DNA of 64,000 nucleotides, taken from positions 19,096,001 through 19,160,000 of the forward strand of contig OZ059894.1 in NCBI GenBank assembly GCA_964057225.1, in the 5' to 3' direction. Position numbers and translations under genes: made by a program. The notes beneath the pieces were generated by a model that saw only the letters and a program-made list of their open reading frames with translations, made no database searches and was not told the DNA's origin. Below, piece after piece: positions 53,164-64,000 of this stretch (positions within the stretch are counted from its first letter, which is position 1; the number at the start of each line of letters is the position of its first letter). Source of the DNA: Auanema rhodensis (lineage: Eukaryota; Animalia; Nematoda).

Positions 53164-56100
53164 ACTGATATAAGTTCACACTTATATCCTCGATTTTCAC
53201 CCTGAAGAATTAATTTTTTCGTTGAATAACATTGTCCATCGTCTTTGCCTTGAAAAAAGGAATCTAAAAACATCTGTTTTTTCCTAATTTATTTTGAAAT
53301 GTTTCGAAAAAATTTTTGTCAAAATGTTTTTGGAAGCAATGTTGAGTGTACATGGAAACTCAACATACACTAATGCATCATTTTTCAAACGATCATAACT
53401 AATTTTTGTATTAAGCGTTTCTCAATGTAGTATAGTGCATTCGATGCGGATTTGTAAGCTGCGTCGATCTGTGTTATCAGATTTGCGCTAGCTTAAAAAT
53501 GCACCGAGATATCAACTGATATAAGTTCACACTTATATCCTCGATTTTCACCCTGAAGAATTAATTTTTTCGTTGAATAACATTGTCCATCGTCTTTGCC
53601 TTACAAAAAGGAATCTAAAAACATCTACTTTTTGCTAATTTATTTTGAAATTTTTCGAAAAAATTTTTGTCAAAATGTTTTTGGAAGCAATGTTGAGTGT
53701 ACATGGAAACTCAACATACACTAATGCATCATTTTTCAAACGATCATAACTAATTTTTGTATTGAGCGTTTCTCAATGTAGTATAGTGCATTCGATGCGG
53801 ATTTTTAAGCTGCGTCGATCTGTGTTATCAGATTTGCGCTAGCTTAAAAATGCACCGAGATAGCAACTGATATAAGTTCACACTTATATCCTCGATTTTC
53901 ACCCTGAAGAATTAATTTTTTCGTTGAATAACATTGTCCATCGTCTTTGCCTTGAAAAAAGGAATCTAAAAACATCTGTTTTTTGCTAATTTATTTCGAA
54001 ATGTTTCGAAAAAATTTTTGTCAAAATGTTTTTGGAAGCAATGTTGAGTGTACATGGAAACTCAACATACACTAATGCATCATTTTTCAAACGATCATAA
54101 CTAATTTTTGTATTAAGCGTTTCTCAATGTAGTATAGTGCATTCGATGCGGATTTTTAAGCTGCGTCGATCTGTGTTATCAGATTTGCGCTAGCTTAAAA
54201 ATGCACCGAGATATCAACTGATATAAGTTCACACTTATATCCTCGATTTTCACCCTGAAGAATTAATTTTTTCGTTGAATAACATTGTCCATCGTCTTTG
54301 CCTTGAAAAAAGGAATCTAAAAACATCTGTTTTTTCCTAATTTATTTTGAAATGTTTCGAAAAAATTTTTGTCAAAATGTTTTTGGAAGCAATGTTGAGT
54401 GTACATGGAAACTCAACATACACTAATGCATCATTTTTCAAACGATCATAACTAATTTTTGTATTAAGCGTTTCTCAATGTAGTATACTGCATTCGATGC
54501 GGATTTTTAAGCTGCGTCGATCTGTGTTATCAGATTTGCGCTAGCTTAAAAATGCACCGAGATATCAACTGATATAAGTTCACACTTATATCCTCGATTT
54601 TCACCCTGAAGAATTAATTTTTTCGTTGAATAACATTGTCCATCGTCTTTGCCTTGAAAAAAGGAATCTAAAAACATCTGTTTTTTGCTAATTTATTTCG
54701 AAATGTTTCGAAAAAATTTTTGTCAAAATGTTTTTGGAAGCAATGTTGAGTGTACATGGAAACTCAACATACACTAATGCATCATTTTTCAAACGATCAT
54801 AACTAATTTTTGTATTAAGCGTTTCTCAATGTAGTATAGTGCATTCGATGCGGATTTTTAAGCTGCGTCGATCTGTGTTATCAGATTTGCGCTAGCTTAA
54901 AAATGCACCGAGATATCAACTGATATAAGTTCACACTTATATCCTCGATTTTCACCCTGAAGAATTAATTTTTTCGTTGAATAACATTGTCCATCGTCTT
55001 TGCCTTGAAAAAAGGAATCTAAAAACATCTGTTTTTTGCTAATTTATTTCGAAATGTTTCGAAAAAATTTTTGTCAAAATGTTTTTGGAAGCAATGTTGA
55101 GTGTACATGGAAACTCAACATACACTAATGCATCATTTTTCAAACGATCATAACTAATTTTTGTATTAAGCGTTTCTCAATGTAGTATAGTGCATTCGAT
55201 GCGGATTTTTAAGCTGCGTCGATCTGTGTTATCAGATTTGCGCTAGCTTAAAAATGCACCGAGATATCAACTGATATAAGTTCACACTTATATCCTCGAT
55301 TTTCACCCTGAAGAATTAATTTTTTCGTTGAATAACATTGTCCATCGTCTTTGCCTTGAAAAAAGGAATCTAAAAACATCTGTTTTTTCCTAATTTATTT
55401 TGAAATGTTTCGAAAAAATTTTTGTCAAAATGTTTTTGGAAGCAATGTTGAGTGTACATGGAAACTCAACATACACTAATGCATCATTTTTCAAACGATC
55501 ATAACTAATTTTTGTATTAAGCGTTTCTCAATGTAGTATAGTGCATTCGATGCGGATTTGTAAGCTGCGTCGATCTGTGTTATCAGATTTGCGCTAGCTT
55601 AAAAATGCACCGAGATATCAACTGATATAAGTTCACACTTATATCCTCGATTTTCACCCTGAAGAATTAATTTTTTCGTTGAATAACATTGTCCATCGTC
55701 TTTGCCTTGAAAAAAGGAATCTAAAAACATCTGTTTTTTCCTAATTTATTTTGAAATGTTTCGAAAAAATTTTTGTCAAAATGTTTTTGGAAGCAATGTT
55801 GAGTGTACATGGAAACTCAACATACACTAATGCATCATTTTTCAAACGATCATAACTAATTTTTGTATTAAGCGTTTCTCAATGTAGTATAGTGCATTCG
55901 ATGCGGATTTTTAAGCTGCGTCGATCTGTGTTATCAGATTTGCGCTAGCTTAAAAATGCACCGAGATATCAACTGATATAAGTTCACACTTATATCCTCG
56001 ATTTTCACCCTGAAGAATTAATTTTTTCGTTGAATAACATTGTCCATCGTCTTTGCCTTGAAAAAAGGAATCTAAAAACATCTGTTTTTTGCTAATTTAT

Positions 56101-57715
56101 TTCGAAATGTTTCGAAAAAATTTTTGTCAAAATGTTTTTGGAAGCAATGTTGAGTGTACATGGAAACTCAACATACACTAATGCATCATTTTTCAAACGA
56201 TCATAACTAATTTTTGTATTAAGCGTTTCTCAATGTAGTATAGTGCATTCGATGCGGATTTTTAAGCTGCGTCGATCTGTGTTATCAGATTTGCGCTAGC
56301 TTAAAAATGCACCGAGATATCAACTGATATAAGTTCACACTTATATCCTCGATTTTCACCCTGAAGAATTAATTTTTTCGTTGAATAACATTGTCCATCG
56401 TCTTTGCCTTGAAAAAAGGAATCTAAAAACATCTGTTTTTTCCTAATTTATTTTGAAATGTTTCGAAAAAATTTTTGTCAAAATGTTTTTGGAAGCAATG
56501 TTGAGTGTACATGGAAACTCAACATACACTAATGCATCATTTTTCAAACGATCATAACTAATTTTTGTATTAAGCGTTTCTCAATGTAGTATAGTGCATT
56601 CGATGCGGATTTGTAAGCTGCGTCGATCTGTGTTATCAGATTTGCGCTAGCTTAAAAATGCACCGAGATATCAACTGATATAAGTTCACACTTATATCCT
56701 CGATTTTCACCCTGAAGAATTAATTTTTTCGTTGAATAACATTGTCCATCGTCTTTGCCTTACAAAAAGGAATCTAAAAACATCTACTTTTTGCTAATTT
56801 ATTTTGAAATTTTTCGAAAAAATTTTTGTCAAAATGTTTTTGGAAGCAATGTTGAGTGTACATGGAAACTCAACATACACTAATGCATCATTTTTCAAAC
56901 GATCATAACTAATTTTTGTATTGAGCGTTTCTCAATGTAGTATAGTGCATTCGATGCGGATTTTTAAGCTGCGTCGATCTGTGTTATCAGATTTGCGCTA
57001 GCTTAAAAATGCACCGAGATAGCAACTGATATAAGTTCACACTTATATCCTCGATTTTCACCCTGAAGAATTAATTTTTTCGTTGAATAACATTGTCCAT
57101 CGTCTTTGCCTTACAAAAAGGAATCTAAAAACATCTACTTTTTGCTAATTTATTTTGAAATTTTTCGAAAAAATTTTTGTCAAAATGTTTTTGGAAGCAA
57201 TGTTGAGTGTACATGGAAACTCAACATACACTAATGCATCATTTTTCAAACGATCATAACTAATTTTTGTATTAAGCGTTTCTCAATGTAGTATAGTGCA
57301 TTCGATGCGGATTTTTAAGCTGCGTCGATCTGTGTTATCAGATTTGCGCTAGCTTAAAAATGCACCGAGATAGCAACTGATATAAGTTCACACTTATATC
57401 CTCGATTTTCACCCTGAAGAATTAATTTTTTCGTTGAATAACATTGTCCATCGTCTTTGCCTTACAAAAAGGAATCTAAAAACATCTACTTTTTGCTAAT
57501 TTATTTTGAAATTTTTCGAAAAAATTTTTGTCAAAATGTTTTTGGAAGCAATGTTGAGTGTACATGGAAACTCAACATACACTAATGCATCATTTTTCAA
57601 ACGATCATAACTAATTTTTGTATTGAGCGTTTCTCAATGTAGTATAGTGCATTCGATGCGGAGTTTTAAGCTGCGTCGATCTGTGTTATCAGATTTGCGC
57701 TAGCTTAAAAATGCA
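53164..57715 (-). repeat. Inverted satellite block, 4,552 bp (13 monomers minus 11 bp)
   Basis: The sequence switches to the reverse complement at ...CAAGGC-T-ACTGATATAAG (53162/53164) and back at ...AAAAATGCA/CAAAAATTAG (57714-57715). Confidence 0.98.
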
Positions 57716-60700
57716 AAAATTAGTTATGATCGTTTGAAAAATGATGCATTAGTGTATGTTGAGTTTCCATGTACACTCAACATTGCTTCCAAAAACATTT
57801 TGACAAAAGTTTTTTCGAAAAATTTCAGAATAATTTAGCAAAAAGTAGATGTTTTTAGATTCCTTTTTTCAAGGCAAAGACGATGAACAATGTTATTCAA
57901 CGAAAAAATTAATTCTTCAGGGTGAAAATCGAGGATATAAGTGTGAACTTATATCAGTTGATATCTCGGTGCATTTTACAGCTAGCGCAAATCTGATAAC
58001 ACAGATCGACGCAGCTTAAAAATCCGCATCGAATGCACTATACTACATTGAGAAACGCTTAATACAAAAATTAGTTATGATCGTTTGAAAAATGATCCAT
58101 TAGTGTATGTTGAGTTTCCATGTACACTCAACATTGCTTCCAAAAACATTTTGACAAAAATTTTTTCGAAAAATTTCAAAATAAATTAGCAAAAAGTAGA
58201 TGTTTTTAGATTGCTTTTTTCAAGGCAATAACGATGGACAATGTTATTGAATGAAAAAATTAATTCTTCAGGGTGAAAATCGAGGATATAAGTGTGAACT
58301 TATATCAGTTGATATCTCGGTGCATTTTTAAGCTAGCGCAAATCTGATAACACAGATCGACGCAGCTTAAAAATCCGCATCGAATGCACTATACTACATT
58401 AAGAAACGCTTAATACAAAAATTAGTTATGATCGTTTGAAAAATGATGCATTAGTGTATGTTGAGTTTCCATGTACACTCAACATTGCTTCCAAAAACAT
58501 TTTGACAAAAGTTTTTTCGAAAAATTTCAGAATAATTTAGCAAAAAGTAGATGTTTTTAGATTCCTTTTTTCAAGGCAAAGACGATGGACAATGTTATTC
58601 AACGAAAAAATTAATTCTTCAGGGTGAAAATCGAGGATATAAGTGTGAACTTATATCAGTTGATATCTCGGTGCATTTTAAAGCTAGCGCAAATCTGATA
58701 ACACAGATCGACGCAGCTTACAAATCCGCATCGAATGCACTATACTACATTGAGAAACGCTTAATACAGAAATTAGTTATGATCGTTTGAAAAATGATGC
58801 ATTAGTGTATGTTGAGTTTCCATGTACACTCAACATTGCTTCCAAAAACATTTTGACAAAAATTTTTTCGAAAAATTTCAAAATAAATTAGCAAAAAGTA
58901 GATGTTTTTAGATTCCTTTTTTCAAGACAAAGACGATGGACAATGTCATTCAACGAAAAAATTAATTCTTCAGGGTGAAAATCGAGGATATAAGTGTGAA
59001 CTTATATCAGTTGATATCTCGGTGCATTTCTAAGCTAGCGCAAATCTGATAACACAGATCGACGCAGCTTAAAAATCCGCATCGAATGCACTATACTACG
59101 TTGAGAAACGCTTAATACAAAAATTAGTTATGATCGTTTGAAAAATGATGCATTAGTGTATGTTGAGTTTCCATGTACACTCAACATTGCTTCCAAAAGA
59201 TTTTGACAAAAATTTTTTCAAAAAATTTCAAAATAAATTAGCAAAAAGTAGATGTTTTTAGATTGCTTTTTTCAAGGCAAAGACGATGGACAATGTTATT
59301 CAACGAAAAAATTAATTCTTCAGGGTGAAAATCGAGGATATAAGTGTGAACATATATCAGTTGATATCTCGGTGCATTTTTAAGCTAGCGCAAATCTGAT
59401 AACACAGATCGACGCAGCTTACAAATCCGCATCGAATGCACTATACTACATTGAGAAACGCTTAATACAGAAATTAGTTATGATCGTTTGAAAAATGATG
59501 CATTAGTGTATGTTGAGTTTCCATGTACACTCAACATTGCTTCCAAAAACATTTTGACAAAAATTTTTTCGAAAAATTTCAAAATAAATTAGCAAAAAGT
59601 AGATGTTTTTAGATTCCTTTTTTCAAGACAAAGACGATGGACAATGTTATTCAACGAAAAAATTAATTCTTCAGGGTGAAAATCGAGGATATAAGTGTGA
59701 ACTTATATCAGTTGATATCTCGGTGCATTTCTAAGCTAGCGCAAATCTGATAACACAGATCGACGCAGCTTAAAAATCCGCATCGAATGCACTATACTAC
59801 ATTGAGAAACGCTTAATACAAAAATTAGTTATGATCGTTTGAAAAATGATGCATTAGTGTATGTTGAGTTTCCATGTACACTCAACATTGCTTCCAAAAG
59901 ATTTTGACAAAAATTTTTTCAAAAAATTTCAAAATAAATTAGCAAAAAGTAGATGTTTTTAGATTCCTTTTTTCAAGACAAAGACGATGGACAATGTTAT
60001 TCAACGAAAAAATTAATTCTTCAGGGTGAAAATCGAGGATATAAGTGTGAACTTATATCAGTTGATATCTCGGTGCATTTTTAAGCTAGCGCAAATCTGA
60101 TAACACAGATCGACGCAGCTTACAAATCCGCATCGAATGCACTATACTACATTGAGAAACGCTTAATACAGAAATTAGTTATGATCGTTTGAAAAATGAT
60201 GCATTAGTGTATGTTGAGTTTCCATGTACACTCAACATTGCTTCCAAAAACATTTTGACAAAAATTTTTTCGAAAAATTTCAAAATAAATTAGCAAAAAG
60301 TAGATGTTTTTAGATTCCTTTTTTCAAGACAAAGACGATGGACAATGTTATTCAACGAAAAAATTAATTCTTCAGGGTGAAAATCGAGGATATAAGTGTG
60401 AACTTATATCAGTTGATATCTCGGTGCATTTTTAAGCTAGCGCAAATCTGATAACACAGATCGACGCAGCTTAAAAATCCGCATCGAATGCACTATACTA
60501 CATTGAGAAACGCTTAATACAAAAATTAGTTATGATCGTTTGAAAAATGATCCATTAGTGTATGTTGAGTTTCCATGTACACTCAACATTGCTTCCAAAA
60601 ACATTTTGAAAAAATTTTTTTCGAAAAATTTCAAAATAATTTAGCAAAAAGTAGATGTTTTTAGATTCCTTTTTTCAAGGCAAAAACGATGGACAATGTT

Positions 60701-63700
60701 ATTCAACGAAAAAATTAATTCTTCAGGGTGAAAATCGAGGATATAAGTGTGAACTTATATCAGTTGATATCTCGGTGCATTTTTAAGCTAGCGCAAATCT
60801 GATAACACAGATCGCCGCAGCTTAAAAATCCGCATCGAATGCACTATACTACATTGAGAAACGCTTAATACAAAAATTAGTTATGATCGTTTGAAAAATG
60901 ATCCATTAGTGTATGTTGAGTTTCCATGTACACTCAACATTGCTTCCAAAAACATTTTGACAAAAATTTTTTCGAAAAATTTCAAAATAATTTAGCAAAA
61001 AGTAAATGTTTTTAGATTCCTTTTTTCAAGGCAAAGACGATGGACAAAGTTATTCAACGAAAAAATTGATTCTTCAGGGTGAAAATCGAGGATATAAGTG
61101 TGAACTTATATCAGTTGATATCTGGGTGCATTTTTAAGCTAGCGCAAATCTGATAACACAGATCGACGCAGCAATTCTTCAGGGTGAAAATCGAGGATAT
61201 AAGTGTGAACTTATATCAGTTGATATCTCGGTGCATTTTTAAGCTAGCGCAAATCTGATAACACAGATCGACGCAGCTTAAAAATCCGCATCAAATGCAC
61301 TATACTACATTGAGAAACGCTTAATACAAAAATTAGTTATGATCGTTTGAAAAATGATGCATTAGTGTATGTTGAGTTTCCATGTACACTCAACATTGCT
61401 TCCAAAAACATTTTGACAAAAATTTTTTCGAAAAATTTCAAAATAATTTAGCAAAAAGTAGATGTTTTTAGATTCCAATTTTAAGGTAAAGACGATGGAC
61501 AATGTTATTCAACGAAAAAATTAATTCTTCAGGGTGAAAATCGAGGATATAAGTGTGAACTTATATCAGTTGATATCTCGGTGCATTTTTAAGCTAGCGC
61601 AAATCTGATAACACAGATCGACGCAGCTTAAAAATCCGCATCGAATGCACTATACTACATTGAGAAACGCTTAATACAAAAATTAGTTATGATCGTTTGA
61701 AAAATGATCCATTAGTGTATGTTGAGTTTCCATGTACACTCAACATTGCTTCCAAAAACATTTTGACAAAAATTTTTTCGAAAAATTTCAAAATAAATTA
61801 GCAAAAAGTAGATGTTTTTAGATTGCTTTTTTCAAGGCAATAACGATGGACAATGTTATTGAATGAAAAAATTAATTCTTCAGGGTGAAAATCGAGGATA
61901 TAAGTGTGAACTTATATCAGTTGATATCTCGGTGCATTTTTAAGCTAGCGCAAATCTGATAACACAGATCGACGCAGCTTAAAAATCCGCATCGAATGCA
62001 CTATACTACATTAAGAAACGCTTAATACAAAAATTAGTTATGATCGTTTGAAAAATGATGCATTAGTGTATGTTGAGTTTCCATGTACACTCAACATTGC
62101 TTCCAAAAACATTTTGACAAAAGTTTTTTCGAAAAATTTCAGAATAATTTAGCAAAAAGTAGATGTTTTTAGATTCCTTTTTTCAAGGCAAAGACGATGG
62201 ACAATGTTATTCAACGAAAAAATTAATTCTTCAGGGTGAAAATCGAGGATATAAGTGTGAACTTATATCAGTTGATATCTCGGTGCATTTTTAAGCTAGC
62301 GCAAATCTGATAACACAGATCGACGCAGCTTAAAAATCCGCATCGAATGCACTATACTACATTGAGAAACGCTTAATACAAAAATTAGTTATGATCGTTT
62401 GAAAAATGATGCATTAGTGTATGTTGAGTTTCCATGTACACTCAACATTGCTTCCAAAAACATTTTGACAAAAATTTTTTCGAAAAATTTCAAAATAAAT
62501 TAGCAAAAAGTAGATGTTTTTAGATTCCTTTTTTCAAGACAAAGACGATGGACAATGTTATTCAACGAAAAAATTAATTCTTCAGGGTGAAAATCGAGGA
62601 TATAAGTGTGAACTTATATCAGTTGATATCTCGGTGCATTTTTAAGCTAGCGCAAATCTGATAACACAGATCGACGCAGCTTAAAAATCCGCATCGAATG
62701 CACTATACTACATTGAGAAACGCTTAATAAAAAATTAGTTATGATCGTTTGAAAAATGATCCATTAGTGTATGTTGAGTTTCCATGTACACTCAACATTG
62801 CTTCCAAAAACATTTTGAAAAAAATTTTTTCGAAAAATTTCAAAATAATTTAGCAAAAAGTAGATGTTTTTAGATTCCTTTTTTCAAGGCAAAAACGATG
62901 GACAATGTTATTCAACGAAAAAATTAATTCTTCAGGGTGAAAATCGAGGATATAAGTGTGAACTTATATCAGTTGATATCTCGGTGCATTTTTAAGCTAG
63001 CGCAAATCTGATAACACAGATCGACGCAGCTTACAAATCCGCATCGAATGCACTATACTACATTGAGAAACGCTTAATACAGAAATTAGTTATGATCGTT
63101 TGAAAAATGATGCATTAGTGTATGTTGAGTTTCCATGTACACTCAACATTGCTTCCAAAAACATTTTGACAAAAATTTTTTCGAAAAATTTCAAAATAAA
63201 TTAGCAAAAAGTAGATGTTTTTAGATTTCTTTTTTCAAGACAAAGACGATGGACAATGTTATTCAACGAAAAAATTAATTCTTCAGGGTGAAAATCGAGG
63301 ATATAAGTGTGAACTTATATCAGTTGATATCTCGGTGCATTTTTAAGCTAGCGCAAATCTGATAACACAGATCGACGCAGCTTAAAAATCCGCATCGAAT
63401 GCACTATACTACATTGAGAAACGCTTAATACAAAAATTAGTTATGATCGTTTGAAAAATGATCCATTAGTGTATGTTGAGTTTCCATGTACACTCAACAT
63501 TGCTTCCAAAAACATTTTGAAAAAAATTTTTTCGAAAAATTTCAAAATAATTTAGCAAAAAGTAGATGTTTTTAGATTCCTTTTTTCAAGGCAAAAATCG
63601 ATGGACAATGTTATTCAACGAAAAAATTAATTCTTCAGGGTGAAAATCGAGGATATAAGTGTGAACTTATATCAGTTGATATCTCGGTGCATTTTTAAGC

Positions 63701-64000
63701 TAGCGCAAATCTGATAACACAGATCGCCGCAGCTTAAAAATCCGCATCGAATGCACTATACTACATTGAGAAACGCTTAATACAAAAATTAGTTATGATC
63801 GTTTGAAAAATGATCCATTAGTGTATGTTGAGTTTCCATGTACACTCAACATTGCTTCCAAAAACATTTTGACAAAAATTTTTTCGAAAAATTTCAAAAT
63901 AATTTAGCAAAAAGTAAATGTTTTTAGATTCCTTTTTTCAAGGCAAAGACGATGGACAATGTTATTCAACGAAAAAATTAATTCTTCAGGGTGAAAATCG
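57714..64000 (+). repeat. 351-bp satellite array, forward orientation, more diverged (~18 monomers)
   Basis: Same monomer with more private substitutions and small indels (~59199, ~59900, ~61478, ~62730, ~63598). Confidence 0.98.
61087..61191 (+). repeat. Truncated 105-bp monomer (246-bp deletion)
   Basis: Junction GACGCAGC|AATTCTTCAG at 61172/61173. Consecutive monomer starts are at 61087 and 61192. Confidence 0.95.

Noticed and set aside
53216-53233. TTCGTTGAA resembling a CENP-B box
   Set aside because: Lacks the required CGGG half of the motif.
53200-53260. CTGAAGA on the satellite minus strand (hammerhead CUGANGA core; monomer is retrozyme-sized)
   Set aside because: No stem II followed by GAAA and no stems I/III can be built around it.
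53164-57715. Inversion catalysed by the DIRS recombinase (similar size, 4.55 vs 4.43 kb)
   Set aside because: The junctions are non-conservative and do not cross over at a shared AAT/ATT. The size similarity is probably coincidence.
58551-58790. 79-aa ORF in the satellite; monomer length is a multiple of 3
   Set aside because: It arises from two SNPs removing TAA codons in one unit. The consensus has about seven stops per monomer in this frame and no recognisable protein.
4592-64000. CRISPR array or tandem rRNA/tRNA/snRNA cluster
   Set aside because: No unique spacers, no cas genes and no recognisable RNA-gene sequence.

Overview
This window is eukaryotic heterochromatin-like DNA. About 59.6 kb is one AT-rich tandem satellite with a 351-bp monomer (~170 copies, very homogeneous, with higher-order repeats). 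It is interrupted at 162/165-4591 by an apparently intact 4,427-bp DIRS1-like tyrosine-recombinase retrotransposon on the minus strand. The element has 147-bp inverted terminal repeats, a 3' terminal extension, an internal complementary region (ICR) that copies the circle junction, one Gag-RT-RNaseH-methyltransferase ORF and an overlapping tyrosine recombinase ORF. It is integrated by a clean crossover at an AAT/ATT trinucleotide inside a dyad of the satellite monomer. The array stays in exact 351-bp phase for ~138 monomers (4592-53162). It then has a 4,552-bp inverted block (13 monomers minus 11 bp) and continues as a more diverged, indel-bearing array with one 105-bp truncated unit. The best lead is a possible satellite/centromere-targeting DIRS family paired with a hairpin-rich satellite. 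The host organism and centromeric function cannot be established from the sequence alone.
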